Shown here one piece after another: positions 48,069-57,522 of a stretch of 64,000 bases of DNA. A program made the position numbers and the translations under genes. Below the pieces are notes generated by a model, which searched no databases, was not told the origin of the DNA, and worked only from the letters and a program-made list of their open reading frames with translations. Within the stretch, counting starts at the first letter, position 1. Each line of letters begins with the position of its first letter. The DNA is from Thermoplasmata archaeon (GTDB lineage: Archaea; Thermoplasmatota; Thermoplasmata; Lutacidiplasmatales; UBA184): NCBI GenBank assembly GCA_028864975.1, contig JAGWLG010000016.1, forward strand, positions 8,034 to 72,033. Direction: 5' to 3'.

Positions 48069-48695
48069 TCAAGCCCGCTCAGCCATGTCCTTCTTGGCCC
48101 GCCCGGCGGGACAGAACGGCGTGAGGGTGGGGTTCGAGGGGCTCTTGGGTTTCTCTACGATGCGTTGGACGGGCCCGAGCTCCTTCTCGAGCCGCTGGAA
48201 GATCTCGCTCACCTCCGCGATGTCCTCCACCGTCAGGACCTCTCGCGCCATGGGGAAGAGCATCGTGTCCTCCCGCTCCATGTGGTCGTCCAAGAGCTGG
48301 TGCACCCCCTGGGTCTCACGCAGCAAGGCCGGATGGGCGGACGGATCCTCCGGATCGCTGCCCAACCGCTCTCCCACCCTGTGCAGGGTGGTGCGGTGGG
48401 CGCGCAGCGCTTGATGCTCGGACAGGAAGACCGAGAGCGGTCCGCCGTCCGACCCGATATGCCGGGCGAGGACCGGGAAGAGCCCTTGCTCCTCCCTTCC
48501 TCCATGCTTCTCCTCGACGTCGTCCGCAAGAAAGTTCACGAAAGAGGACACGCGCTGAGGGTCGAGAGTGGGCGAGCCCTGCGAGCGCGGTGCCGGCTGG
48601 AGCTCCTCGAGGAAGGCCCGGATCCGGTCCCGGAAGATCCAGTGCTCCTCGATGAGCACCCCCAAGGGGTCGTAGTCCTTCGACGCACGGAACAC
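48069..48695 (-). CDS. Hemerythrin/HHE cation-binding domain protein
   Basis: EEH, HGGREEQGLFP, EHQALR and HMEREDTMLFP iron-ligand motifs. Confidence 0.88.
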   Translation of the reverse strand: MFRASKDYDPLGVLIEEHWIFRDRIRAFLEELQPAPRSQGSPTLDPQRVSSFVNFLADDVEEKHGGREEQGLFPVLARHIGSDGGPLSVFLSEHQALRAHRTTLHRVGERLGSDPEDPSAHPALLRETQGVHQLLDDHMEREDTMLFPMAREVLTVEDIAEVSEIFQRLEKELGPVQRIVEKPKSPSNPTLTPFCPAGRAKKDMAERA

Positions 48696-48812
48696 GGGCT
48701 AACGGAGGACCGCGAGAATCTTGCCATCGCGACCGAACCGGTGAGGTGCCATTGAAGGGAAGGCCAACCGCCAGGACACCAGAGAGCGAGCGAGACACCA
48801 TCAGCGTCGGTC

Positions 48813-48845
48813 GGGGGCTCCTTTCCCCGACCCGAAGGAGCCCCC
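48813..48845. repeat. 11-bp perfect-stem hairpin upstream of the hemerythrin gene
   Basis: GGGGGCTCCTT (48813-48823) / AAGGAGCCCCC (48835-48845). Confidence 0.55.
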
Positions 48846-48983
48846 CCACCGCCACCTGGTTCCCGTACAGGGCCTAGGGTAGACCGAGATGTGGGAGAAG
48901 CTCTGTCCCGCACGCGCTCCCCAGGAGCACGGACGGACGACGGCGCCAAGTACTCGTCCCGGCGAGCGCTGCCTCGCATCCAT

Positions 48984-48995
48984 CCCCTTAAGGGG
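48984..48995. promoter_or_regulatory. Palindromic TATA-like element CCCCTTAAGGGG
   Basis: TTAA centre lies about 27 bp before ATG 49017 of the SDR gene, in a divergent intergenic region. Confidence 0.5.
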
Positions 48996-49016
48996 TAGAT
49001 GGGACCCAAGGCGAAC

Positions 49017-49883
49017 ATGCCCTCCAAGGTGATCCTGTTGACCGGGGGGAACTCCGGCATCGGGAAGGCGGCCGCGATCGAGCTTGCTCGGTCCGGCGCC
49101 GAACTGACGCTCGTCTGCCGAGACCGAGAACGTGCAGAGAAGGCCCGTGGGGACATCCTGCGCTCGAGCGGAGCGAGGTCGCTCGACCTGATCCTCGCGG
49201 ACCTGACCCTGCTGTCGGAGGCCCAACGTGTGGCCAAGGAGTTCACCTCCACGCACGCGCGCTTGGACGTCCTGGTCAACAACGCGGGGAGCAACTTCCC
49301 GGAGTATGCGGAGACCTCCGAGGGCCTCGAGAGGACGATGGCGCTGAACTATTACGCGCCCTGGGCGTTGACGCAGGGCCTCCTACCGCTCCTCCGGAGC
49401 TCAGCGCCCTCCCGCGTGGTGAACGTCGCCTCGGTGGCGCACTTCAGCGGACGGCTCGACCTCAACAATCCGAACGGCAAGGGGGACATGGGAGTCGGAG
49501 GGCTCGGCGCCTACTCCCGCTCCAAGCTCGCCCTGGTCCTCTACACCTACGAGCTCGCTCGGCGCCTGAAGGGCAGCGGGGTCACGGTGAACTGTCTGCA
49601 CCCTGGGGCGGTACGGACCCACATCTGGGCCCACGCGGGGAGGTACCGGATCCTCGTCCAGTTCGCTTCCCTCTTCATGCTGAGCCCGAAAGCGGGCGCT
49701 CGCACGCTGGTCTTCCTCGCCACCTCTCCCGAGGTCGAGGGGGTATCGGGCACGTACTTCGAGAAGTGCCGGGAGAAGACGTCCTCCGCCCGGTCCCGCG
49801 ACCCCAAGCTCGCCGTCGACCTGTGGGAACTGACCGAGCGCGTTGTTAAAGCAGGCCGCTTCCCGCCCCCCGCCGCCCCCTAG
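49017..49883 (+). CDS. Short-chain dehydrogenase/reductase (retinol-dehydrogenase-like)
   Basis: TGGNSGIG, LDVLVNNAG, RVVNVAS, YSRSK, LHPGAVRT. Confidence 0.93.
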   Translation: MPSKVILLTGGNSGIGKAAAIELARSGAELTLVCRDRERAEKARGDILRSSGARSLDLILADLTLLSEAQRVAKEFTSTHARLDVLVNNAGSNFPEYAETSEGLERTMALNYYAPWALTQGLLPLLRSSAPSRVVNVASVAHFSGRLDLNNPNGKGDMGVGGLGAYSRSKLALVLYTYELARRLKGSGVTVNCLHPGAVRTHIWAHAGRYRILVQFASLFMLSPKAGARTLVFLATSPEVEGVSGTYFEKCREKTSSARSRDPKLAVDLWELTERVVKAGRFPPPAAP

Positions 49884-50152
49884 GGTGCGGATGTTCGTGC
49901 AGGGTGAGCGACGAGCTCGTCGATCTGCCCGTAGAGGAAGGGGAGTTCGGGAGCATCCCCTCCCGAACAATAGAGCGTCCCCGAGGCATACGCCGTGAAG
50001 GTCGCCCCCGCGTAGCGCACACGCCAGATCTCGGACTGGCCTCGAACATCGTGGTCGCGGAGCCCTCCGCACCGCAAGAGGAGGTGGAGGATCTCCTCCG
50101 ACCTCGCCCTCGGGACCTCGCGCCACGTGCGGTGGGGCAGGGTGGAGCCCAT
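49880..50152 (-). CDS. Small standalone DUF3378-like (RNase HIII N-terminal, TBP-like) protein
   Basis: WRVRYAGATFTAYASGTLY resembles the DUF3378 core; no RNase domain attached. Confidence 0.55.
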   Translation of the reverse strand: MGSTLPHRTWREVPRARSEEILHLLLRCGGLRDHDVRGQSEIWRVRYAGATFTAYASGTLYCSGGDAPELPFLYGQIDELVAHPARTSAP

Positions 50153-50174
50153 GGGGTCGATGCTGAGGCCTTCG

Positions 50175-50771
50175 CTACGGGCCAAGCGTCGGCGCGAAGT
50201 AGGTCTCCGTCCCCTGGATGTTCGCGGTCTCGCCGGCCCACGTACTGATTCCGAAAGTGAACGTCTCCCCGGGGGTCGTCGGGAAGGTGAAGCCCCCCGT
50301 GGAGGTCGCCGTTTGGTAGATGGTGACCCGGGTCCCGTTCAGGAGGAAGAGGTTCACGGCACTTCCCCCGAGGGTCGCGTAGCTGAAGGTCACGCTGCCC
50401 GCGTGGGTGAACGTCATCGTTCGATTGTAGGCCGAGTACCCGCCGGGGTCGACGATCGAGAAGGAGAAGTTGAGCTGGTGCGAGACCGGGACCGCGGCCT
50501 CGACCGCGAAGAGCGTGGAAGAGAGAACCACTGCGACGACGAACCCTATCGTGAGCCAGGTCATGGCGCTGAGCCTTGCGAGCCCGCGAGCAGGAGGCTT
50601 CGCCGCGGGGGGCGCTCCCCCTGGGGGGCCGCCCGCCGGCGGGGCGAGTCCCCTAGGTCCCGGGACGGCCAGTGCTTGGGTATGCGGTAAGGGGCGGCGA
50701 CAGCTCGGGCAGAAGTTGAACCCCGGGCCTAGCGGGGCCCGACAGTAAGGGCAGTGGCCGCCAGCCGCCAT
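50175..50771 (-). CDS. Zinc-ribbon, single TM, external beta-sandwich protein
   Basis: CPYCRAPLGPGFNFCPSCRRPL, Pro/Gly linker, TM, beta-rich C-terminus with NRT/NGT sequons. Confidence 0.8.
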   Translation of the reverse strand: MAAGGHCPYCRAPLGPGFNFCPSCRRPLPHTQALAVPGPRGLAPPAGGPPGGAPPAAKPPARGLARLSAMTWLTIGFVVAVVLSSTLFAVEAAVPVSHQLNFSFSIVDPGGYSAYNRTMTFTHAGSVTFSYATLGGSAVNLFLLNGTRVTIYQTATSTGGFTFPTTPGETFTFGISTWAGETANIQGTETYFAPTLGP

Positions 50772-50887
50772 GGGCTCTCCGAATCAGAACGCGAGGGTAC
50801 TTCCCTGTTTCGATGGCGCGGACGCCGAGCGAGAGGCTCTTGCGGGCCCACCTTTGAGGGGGGGCCCTCCGCCACCGGAGCGAGAGC

Positions 50888-51727
50888 TTAGCTCGTCGAG
50901 CTCGGGGCAACGGTGGGTTCCGGCTTGGAGACCACGGCCGCTCGGCCGCGGTAGAGCGCCAGGAGCCCGACGGCGATGGCCCAGAGAAGGACAGGGAAGG
51001 CGACTACCCGTTCGAGCCCGCCCTCACCGAGCCCGAAGAAGGCCCCGTGGGTCAGGATGTTCTGGATGTAGAAGGCGAGGGCGACCACCGAGAGCACTCC
51101 AAGGCCGAGCGTCACCAACGCGTAGCGGCCCCACGACCGGTCCCCCCACATCGCGATCCCCATCGCGGTCAGTCCTAGGTTCGCCCACCCGAACGTCCAG
51201 ACCGAGAAGAAGTCGTGTGCCTGTCCGCCCATGGCCGTGCTCGACTCCGTGAAGATGCCGATGCAGACCGCGCCTAACGACCCCAGGGTCAGGAGCCAGG
51301 CAGCAGGGTAGGTGCGTCCGTTCCGAGGGAAGACCTGGTAGAGGGCCACGATCCCGAAGACCGCGAGGATCCCCAGGACCATGACCGAGCCGTTGAAGAT
51401 CCAGTCGTACCCCCAGTAATAGGAGGTCCCGTTGAACACGTGGTTGCCGTTGACCCCCAGATCGCTGATCGTGTTGGAGCCGGGTCCGACGGCAAGGTAC
51501 CCCGGCCTCAGCGCCTGTTCCACCGCCATCGCGATGAAGAACTGCACGCCCCCGACGACCAGGGCGAGGGCGCCCAGGCGGATGCGGAGGCTCTTCCAGG
51601 AAGGCTCTGCGGGTCGCTCGTCAGCTACCGCCTCCGCGTTAGGAGTTCCGAAAGGCCCCAAGGTCCGATCGCCCACCCCATCGGGGGGTCTCCTACTTAG
51701 GGATGGAGGTCCACGCACCGAGGGCAC
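50888..51727 (-). CDS. DUF998-family membrane protein
   Basis: QFF.AMAVEQ..PGY...NTISDLG, HDFFS and GLERVVAFP motifs; multiple TMs. Start uncertain. Confidence 0.8.
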   Translation of the reverse strand: MPSVRGPPSLSRRPPDGVGDRTLGPFGTPNAEAVADERPAEPSWKSLRIRLGALALVVGGVQFFIAMAVEQALRPGYLAVGPGSNTISDLGVNGNHVFNGTSYYWGYDWIFNGSVMVLGILAVFGIVALYQVFPRNGRTYPAAWLLTLGSLGAVCIGIFTESSTAMGGQAHDFFSVWTFGWANLGLTAMGIAMWGDRSWGRYALVTLGLGVLSVVALAFYIQNILTHGAFFGLGEGGLERVVAFPVLLWAIAVGLLALYRGRAAVVSKPEPTVAPSSTS

Positions 51728-51759
51728 GGAGCTCGTGAGGAGTCCCTACCCGTGCGAGC

Positions 51760-52161
51760 TCAGGTCCAGCGCACTCCGCGCCGGAAGAACGCATGGCGGG
51801 AGGAGGAGAGGGCCTGGAGAGCGAACATCAGACCGCCCACAAGGACCAGGAGCGCGCCCACGATGGCCAGGATCGCTCCCGATAGGACGAGGAGGCCCAC
51901 CAGCCCGATGACCAGGAGGGCGATGGCCCCCGCCATGGGGATGCGGCCCAGGAAATGCCCGCGCGTGTAACGCGTCAGGACGAGCGCAAGGACCCCGAGA
52001 ACGAGCGCTGCGATCCCCGTCGCGGTACCTCCGACCAGCCCCACGCTCGAGGAGGCGGCCGGGGGGCTGGCGACCCCTGCGATGAGGGCGATCGCGCCCC
52101 CGATGATGAGGAAGAACGCGCCCAAACGACAGAGGAGGGACACGAGGAATCGAGCGACCAT
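51760..52161 (-). CDS. Small Gly/Leu-rich hypothetical membrane protein (~4 TM)
   Basis: Almost entirely hydrophobic helices; ATG start with a plausible upstream region. Confidence 0.7.
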   Translation of the reverse strand: MVARFLVSLLCRLGAFFLIIGGAIALIAGVASPPAASSSVGLVGGTATGIAALVLGVLALVLTRYTRGHFLGRIPMAGAIALLVIGLVGLLVLSGAILAIVGALLVLVGGLMFALQALSSSRHAFFRRGVRWT

Positions 52162-52273
52162 GGCACGGATGGTCTTTCATCGACCGGGAGGGTTTTCTTT
52201 CCTCCCTAACTCGAGGGAAACGGGTTCCCACCTCCGGCGCCCCGGCGAAGCCGCCCCATCCGCGAAAGGGCCC

Positions 52274-52987
52274 TCAGAGGGCGACCTCTCCCACCACCGA
52301 AGCCCCCCCGGTCCCGTAGGCAGAGAGCAAGGCGCCGCTGAGAGGGGAAGCAGACCATATGCTGATCGTGTCCTGAGCGCCCACGGCCACGCTCGAGCCC
52401 CCGGTGTTCCAAGTGCTCCCGCCGGCGCCGGAGGGGAAGGTCGCGATAGGTAACCCCGCGGCGTTCTCCAAGACCAGGAACCAGCCGCTCGTGGGGGAAG
52501 GACAGGCGATCGCGCTCCCCGAACGGCACTGCGCGACCGAGGGAGCCGCCTGAGAAGCGAGGAGTAACGTCCCGTTCTTCAGGGAGAATCCGACCTGGGA
52601 GGTGGACAGGGTCGCGGTGACCGCCTCGATCGTGACGTTCGCAAAGTGGACCGCGCCGTTCGACGAGGTCGCGAGCGTCGGGGGGCCGAAGGCCAGGCTC
52701 GAGGTGAGGCCGACGGGAGGGACAAGGGGCGAGATCAACGAGAATAGCACGACCAACAGGACGATCGGTACGACCACGAAGAGCACGACGAGGAGGGCAA
52801 CGATCGCCACGACCGTGCTGTCGTGATGTGAGGGCGGGGCGGGGGGCGGTCCCACCGGGACGAGGAGGTAGGCCACGGTCGGGGGAGGTGGAGGCGGGGG
52901 GAGAGGAGGAGGAGGCGGCGGAGCCTGCGAGCCCGCCGGCGAAGAGGTCGGCGCAGCAGAGGAGGAAGGAAGGGGGGCGTCGGTCAC
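52274..52987 (-). CDS. Single-TM protein with Pro-rich N-terminus and archaeal type-IV-pilin-like external domain
   Basis: VLLVVLFSLISPL..GLTSSLAFG.PT...ANVTIE...GWFLVL...TWNTGG..V...DTISI resembles Thermoplasmata pilin globular domains (recalled similarity). Confidence 0.55.
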   Translation of the reverse strand: MTDAPLPSSSAAPTSSPAGSQAPPPPPPLPPPPPPPTVAYLLVPVGPPPAPPSHHDSTVVAIVALLVVLFVVVPIVLLVVLFSLISPLVPPVGLTSSLAFGPPTLATSSNGAVHFANVTIEAVTATLSTSQVGFSLKNGTLLLASQAAPSVAQCRSGSAIACPSPTSGWFLVLENAAGLPIATFPSGAGGSTWNTGGSSVAVGAQDTISIWSASPLSGALLSAYGTGGASVVGEVAL

Positions 52988-53045
52988 CAGCCACCCTACG
53001 CCTTCGCGAGAACTTCTTTCCTCCGTTCCGCGGAAAGCCCCCCGC

Positions 53046-53768
53046 TCATGCGGGGGCCTCGAGCAAGGAGAGCCAACCTTCCAGGCTCATCGGTCTCCTC
53101 GGCTGGAGCATCAGGACCGCATGAGGGATCTCTCGCTCGTCGGCGAACTCCAGCCACTGGGCCTGCCCGTGGCCAAAGGGAAGAGGATGGAGGTCGGTCT
53201 TCAAGGCCGCCTCGAGGACCTCGCGGGGGTCGAAGAGCTGGAAGGTCCGCTCCAGCCCCAGCTTGCGGTCCTCGACCTTCTGGACCCCGTTGCCCCGCTT
53301 GAAAGCGAGGAGCAGGACCCCGTCGTCCCCCAGGACCCGTTCGAACTCGGGTAGGACCACCGTCAGGAAGGTCCGTCGGGCGATGTGCTGGATCACGGCG
53401 ACGCAGAGCACGGCATCGAAGGACCCGTCCTTGAACGGCAGCGAGGACTCGAGATCAACGGCCGCGAAGTCGGAGCTCGAGGCCGACCGCGCGTGGGCCT
53501 TGTGGACGCTCTCCGGGACGAGGTCGATCCCAACGACCCGGCATCCCTTTCGTACCAGGTAGTCCACGTCCCGGGGCATCGGGCCGCAACCGGCCGCCAG
53601 CACCCGCGGGCCGGCGAGCCGCGAGGCGAAGAAATCCAGGAGATCGCTCGGGGAAGGAACCTCCGGAACGTTCGTCAGGACCCATCGGGGAAAGTCCTCT
53701 CCGATGCGGTCCCAGGCATCTCCCTGGAGCCGGTAGAACTGTCGAGCCTCCGTCTTGAGTTCGCTCAT
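53046..53768 (-). CDS. Class I SAM-dependent methyltransferase
   Basis: VLAAGCGP, VVGIDL, LPFKDGSFDAVLCVAVIQH, RVLGDDGVL. Confidence 0.88.
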   Translation of the reverse strand: MSELKTEARQFYRLQGDAWDRIGEDFPRWVLTNVPEVPSPSDLLDFFASRLAGPRVLAAGCGPMPRDVDYLVRKGCRVVGIDLVPESVHKAHARSASSSDFAAVDLESSLPFKDGSFDAVLCVAVIQHIARRTFLTVVLPEFERVLGDDGVLLLAFKRGNGVQKVEDRKLGLERTFQLFDPREVLEAALKTDLHPLPFGHGQAQWLEFADEREIPHAVLMLQPRRPMSLEGWLSLLEAPA

Positions 53769-54208
53769 GTTCGCCGTCCCTCCTCGTTCTGTTCACCTTC
53801 GAACCGCCCCCCGCACGCCTCAACCAAGGTCCCTCACGAACGGATGCCTCACGAGTTGGAGGGACACTTCTCCCCCTCGGGGGGCCCGTCCCTCCCTTCC
53901 GTGAAGGGCGGGAAGAGCTCCGATGACCGATGCTGCTACATCCTCGGGTTCGGCCTTGAAGGGGCCCTTCCCGGGGGGTCAGGAGGTGACCGGGACGGTG
54001 ACGAGGGCTCTCGGAGCTCGCGCACGGTCAAGAGGGGGGTCGAAGGGGGCGACGCGGAATCCAAATAGGGGGACACCCCATACGTATCGGTACGTAGGTC
54101 AGGCCCCGGGACCCCTTGTTCTCCCTGGCGGCAACGACCTCTCCTTTTGAAGGCCGTCCGGCCCTCGACCGGGGCCGACGGGAGGGGGGTCTGGCCTCGG
54201 GTCAGGCC

Positions 54209-56440
54209 ATGCTTCCTAGAAGAGCGAGCTCGCACGCGAGCGCCCGGAACCGCCGAGACCGACCGCGAACGCACGCTCGATCCGCTGCGACCCGAGCCCC
54301 TCGCCGGTGGGGTCGAGCCACGATGGCGCTCGCCTTCCTGGTCCTCGCCTCGCTCGGCGCCACGATCTTCCTAGCAGCGGGGAGCTCGCACCTCCCCTGG
54401 TCTCCGCGTGGCAGCGATTCCCCTGCCGTCCACGTTTCGCCCGAGCTCGTCGAGGGTTCGGGGAACTTGTCCGTCGTTCTGGACACGACCACCCCGTCCG
54501 TCGATCTGGGCGAGACGATCACCCTCTCGGCCCAGGTTTCGGGGGGGACGCTCCCGTACACCTGCAAATGGAGCTCGAGCGACGAGCTGACGAAGGTCGG
54601 TTCCTGCACCGGTTGGTCGTTCGTCTCCAACGCGACCGGCACCGTGGCCATCGGTCTCAGCGCGACGGACGCCTTGGGCAAGCGAGGGCAGGCGACGCCG
54701 CTCTCTATCACCGTGGCCAGTCCGCTATCCCTTGACCTCGGCCCCGGGCCCTTGCAGGGTGACGCTGGGATAAGGCTCCGGATCCCTTCGACGGTCGCCA
54801 ACGGCACGGGGACGGCGACCTGTTCGTGGTGGTTGGACCAGCAGCTCGTGGCGAGCGCCACCAGCTGCATCGCGTTCGAGCTCACCGTGAACTCCGGGGG
54901 GCAGCACACGCTCCAGGGGACCGCGACGGACTCCGCCACCCCGCCCGCGAGCGCCCGGGCGACCCTCCTGCTCGACATCCGCCCGGCCTTGACGGTCGTG
55001 CTCGCGCCCTCGGACCCGCACCCCACGCTCCGGGAGCTCATTACCATCTCCGCGACCGTTAGCGGTGGATCGCCCCCGACCGATGTGGAGTGGTCGATCA
55101 ACGGGACTCCCGAGGTGGGGACCGCGCTGACGTTCCAGTTCGAGACCGATCATGCCGGGACCTACGCGTTCACCGCGAGCATCACCGATGCAGTGGGGGG
55201 CTCCGTGTCGAGCCCACCGCTCGCGATCCAGGTCGGAGGGACCCCCTCGGCCACCACTTCTCCACCTCCTTCGAATTCATTGCCTCCCGCTCCCGGCCTC
55301 CTACTCGGGCCTCTTGCGATCGTGGCGCTCGCAGGAGTGGCCGTCGCGCTCTTCCTCGGCGCACGACGATTGCGGGGGGAGCGGCTCTCAACTTCGCAGG
55401 GGAGGGCGGGCGCCCCGCCTCCTCCTTCGGGTGTCTCGCCCGGTCCTCGCTCCCTCCTAGGTCCGACCGTCCCGCCTGCAGCCCTGGCCTCTCCGCCTCC
55501 TCCCCCTCCTCCCGCGGTTCCGCCTCCCCCACCACCGTCCACCTCCGCCCCTGTAGCCCCGAGAACGGTCGCGGTCCACCCGACGCGTGCCCCCACGTCG
55601 AAGGTCTCCCGGCCGATCCCCCCTGCTTCCAAGGATCGGCCCCCAAAGGTCGAACCGACGATCGCGTCGCGGGCACCCACCCCGCAGAGTTTCCCCCGGG
55701 TCGAAGCGGATTCGCTCGCGCCCAAGACGGCGTCCGGCAGCCTCGCTGGGACACCTCCATCGCCCGCAACGACCTCTACTTCTGCGGGAGCTCCGAGAAG
55801 GCCGGGGCTCCTGTCGCAGGGGAAGGTCGGTCCAGTTCCCTCCGCCGAGCCTTCGAAGGTCGGGCCAAGGAGCCCCTCCCTCGAGGTCCCCCCTAAGCCC
55901 CGACCCGAGCCAGGTCGACCCGGGTCAGGCCGACCGTCCCGCGCGCGCACGTCGACCGAGGTCAAGGTGCGAGAGCTGAGTTCGATCGCTCCCGCTCCAT
56001 CCGGCAGGCCCGACCCTGCCCCCCCAGTCGCCTCCCTGCCTGAGGCTTCCCAACTGCCTACGACTCCTCCAAGACGATTGTCCCGTATCCCAGCGCCGGA
56101 CCTTCCCTCGGAGTCGCTCGTGGGCCAAGCATGCCCTTGGGTGCCGATCCACCCTATCGAAGGCCGTTCCGTGTCGGTCCTGACGACCGCGACCGAGGCG
56201 GAAGACTCGTCAGGAAGCTCGGTCGATGCCCCACTCGATCCCCCCTCGAGCAGCTCGGAGCCGTCGCTGGAGCCCCCGGGACCCATCCCCCCTCCCGCCC
56301 GATGCCCGAAATGCCACGAGATCCTTCCGATCGGAAGGGCCAGGCACGACTGCCCTCCGGCGGCCGAGCTCGAGTCCATCCTCCGAGAACTTGCCCAGGA
56401 CCCGCTCCACGACGACCGAACGGCTCGCCCTCTCCACTAG
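54209..56440 (+). CDS. PKD/Ig-like x3 membrane protein with ~360-aa disordered cytoplasmic tail ending in a CxxC...HxC zinc finger
   Basis: Signal anchor; VSGGTLPYTCKW, CSWWLD and VSGGSPPTDVEWSING domains; TM then RRLR; CPKCHEILPIGRARHDC. Start uncertain (54116, 54209 or 54323). Confidence 0.8.
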   Translation: MLPRRASSHASARNRRDRPRTHARSAATRAPRRWGRATMALAFLVLASLGATIFLAAGSSHLPWSPRGSDSPAVHVSPELVEGSGNLSVVLDTTTPSVDLGETITLSAQVSGGTLPYTCKWSSSDELTKVGSCTGWSFVSNATGTVAIGLSATDALGKRGQATPLSITVASPLSLDLGPGPLQGDAGIRLRIPSTVANGTGTATCSWWLDQQLVASATSCIAFELTVNSGGQHTLQGTATDSATPPASARATLLLDIRPALTVVLAPSDPHPTLRELITISATVSGGSPPTDVEWSINGTPEVGTALTFQFETDHAGTYAFTASITDAVGGSVSSPPLAIQVGGTPSATTSPPPSNSLPPAPGLLLGPLAIVALAGVAVALFLGARRLRGERLSTSQGRAGAPPPPSGVSPGPRSLLGPTVPPAALASPPPPPPPAVPPPPPPSTSAPVAPRTVAVHPTRAPTSKVSRPIPPASKDRPPKVEPTIASRAPTPQSFPRVEADSLAPKTASGSLAGTPPSPATTSTSAGAPRRPGLLSQGKVGPVPSAEPSKVGPRSPSLEVPPKPRPEPGRPGSGRPSRARTSTEVKVRELSSIAPAPSGRPDPAPPVASLPEASQLPTTPPRRLSRIPAPDLPSESLVGQACPWVPIHPIEGRSVSVLTTATEAEDSSGSSVDAPLDPPSSSSEPSLEPPGPIPPPARCPKCHEILPIGRARHDCPPAAELESILRELAQDPLHDDRTARPLH

Positions 56441-57381
56441 GGCCGGGTGGTGGACTTCCTCCGTCCCACCAAGAAGAGGCCCAGGGCGACAAGGGCGAGC
56501 CCTCCCACCTCGAGCAGCGAGGGAGCCCCTTCGCTGACGGCGAGACCCACCAGCAGACCGGAGATGGGTGAGATGAAGGAGACGAGGTTCGCCCTCGTCG
56601 GTCCCACCTGGTGGTGCAGGCGGAAGTACACGACGTATCCGATGCAGGTCGGGACGAGGACCAGATAGACCAACGGGAGGAGCACGTCCGCCGTGAGGGG
56701 GAGGGCCGTTCCCGCGGGAACGAGGAAGGCCCCCGCCGTCATCGCCGCCCCCCCAGCCCCCAATTGGGTGGAGATGCCCCAGAACCCCTGGGGTCCCGGT
56801 TCGAAGTGGCGAAGGAGAACACTCCCCAGCGCGAAAAGGGCCGGCGCGGCCAGGACCTCGAGCAAGGGGAGAAGGGGGACCCTCGAGGACCCTCCGAGGT
56901 CGGGCAGGAAGATCACCAAGACCCCCACGAACCCGGCGAAGATGCCCAGCGCTCCGAACTTGCCCAAACGCTCCGAAGGAAGCAGCGGGAGCGCGAACAT
57001 CGCGCTCCACAAGGGGTTCGTGGCGACCACGATCGAGGCGAGCCCACCCGGAACGGCCTCCTCACCCACGTAGAGGAAGACGAAGTAGCCGCCAATGGTG
57101 AGGGCCGCGCCGAGGACCGCGCTGACCCTCAGGGACCGCGAGGACGGCACCGCCTCCCGTGTCGCCCACGCCATGAGGGCGATGCCGACGGCCCCCAGGA
57201 GGCATCGCACCCCCGCGAAGAAGAAAGGCGCCGCCCCGTGCACCAACCCCACACGAATGACGGGGAAGGCCGAGCCCCAGATGGCCCCGAGGAAGAGGAG
57301 AAGCGCGTAGTCCAGCGGGCGCAGAGCGGAGGAGGGGGGCTTGCCTGCTGGGACGCGAGAAGCGCGCTCTTCCGCCGACAA
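56437..57381 (-). CDS. EamA/DMT-family transporter
   Basis: LGAIWGSAFPVIR, ASIVVATNPLW and 10 TM helices in two EamA repeats. TTG start at 57381; the longer ORF extension overlaps the divergent epimerase. Confidence 0.9.
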   Translation of the reverse strand: MSAEERASRVPAGKPPSSALRPLDYALLLFLGAIWGSAFPVIRVGLVHGAAPFFFAGVRCLLGAVGIALMAWATREAVPSSRSLRVSAVLGAALTIGGYFVFLYVGEEAVPGGLASIVVATNPLWSAMFALPLLPSERLGKFGALGIFAGFVGVLVIFLPDLGGSSRVPLLPLLEVLAAPALFALGSVLLRHFEPGPQGFWGISTQLGAGGAAMTAGAFLVPAGTALPLTADVLLPLVYLVLVPTCIGYVVYFRLHHQVGPTRANLVSFISPISGLLVGLAVSEGAPSLLEVGGLALVALGLFLVGRRKSTTRP

Positions 57382-57522
57382 GTACGTTCCCCCCTGCAAG
57401 CGCCCAACCCGCGACGGTATTCCAATGCGTCGAACGGCGCGAGATGTCCGGACCAGGTGCACGGACCGGTGGCCCCGGTCTAAAAGCGAAAGTAGCCCTC
57501 TCGCTCGTGGCGACGGGGGCGC

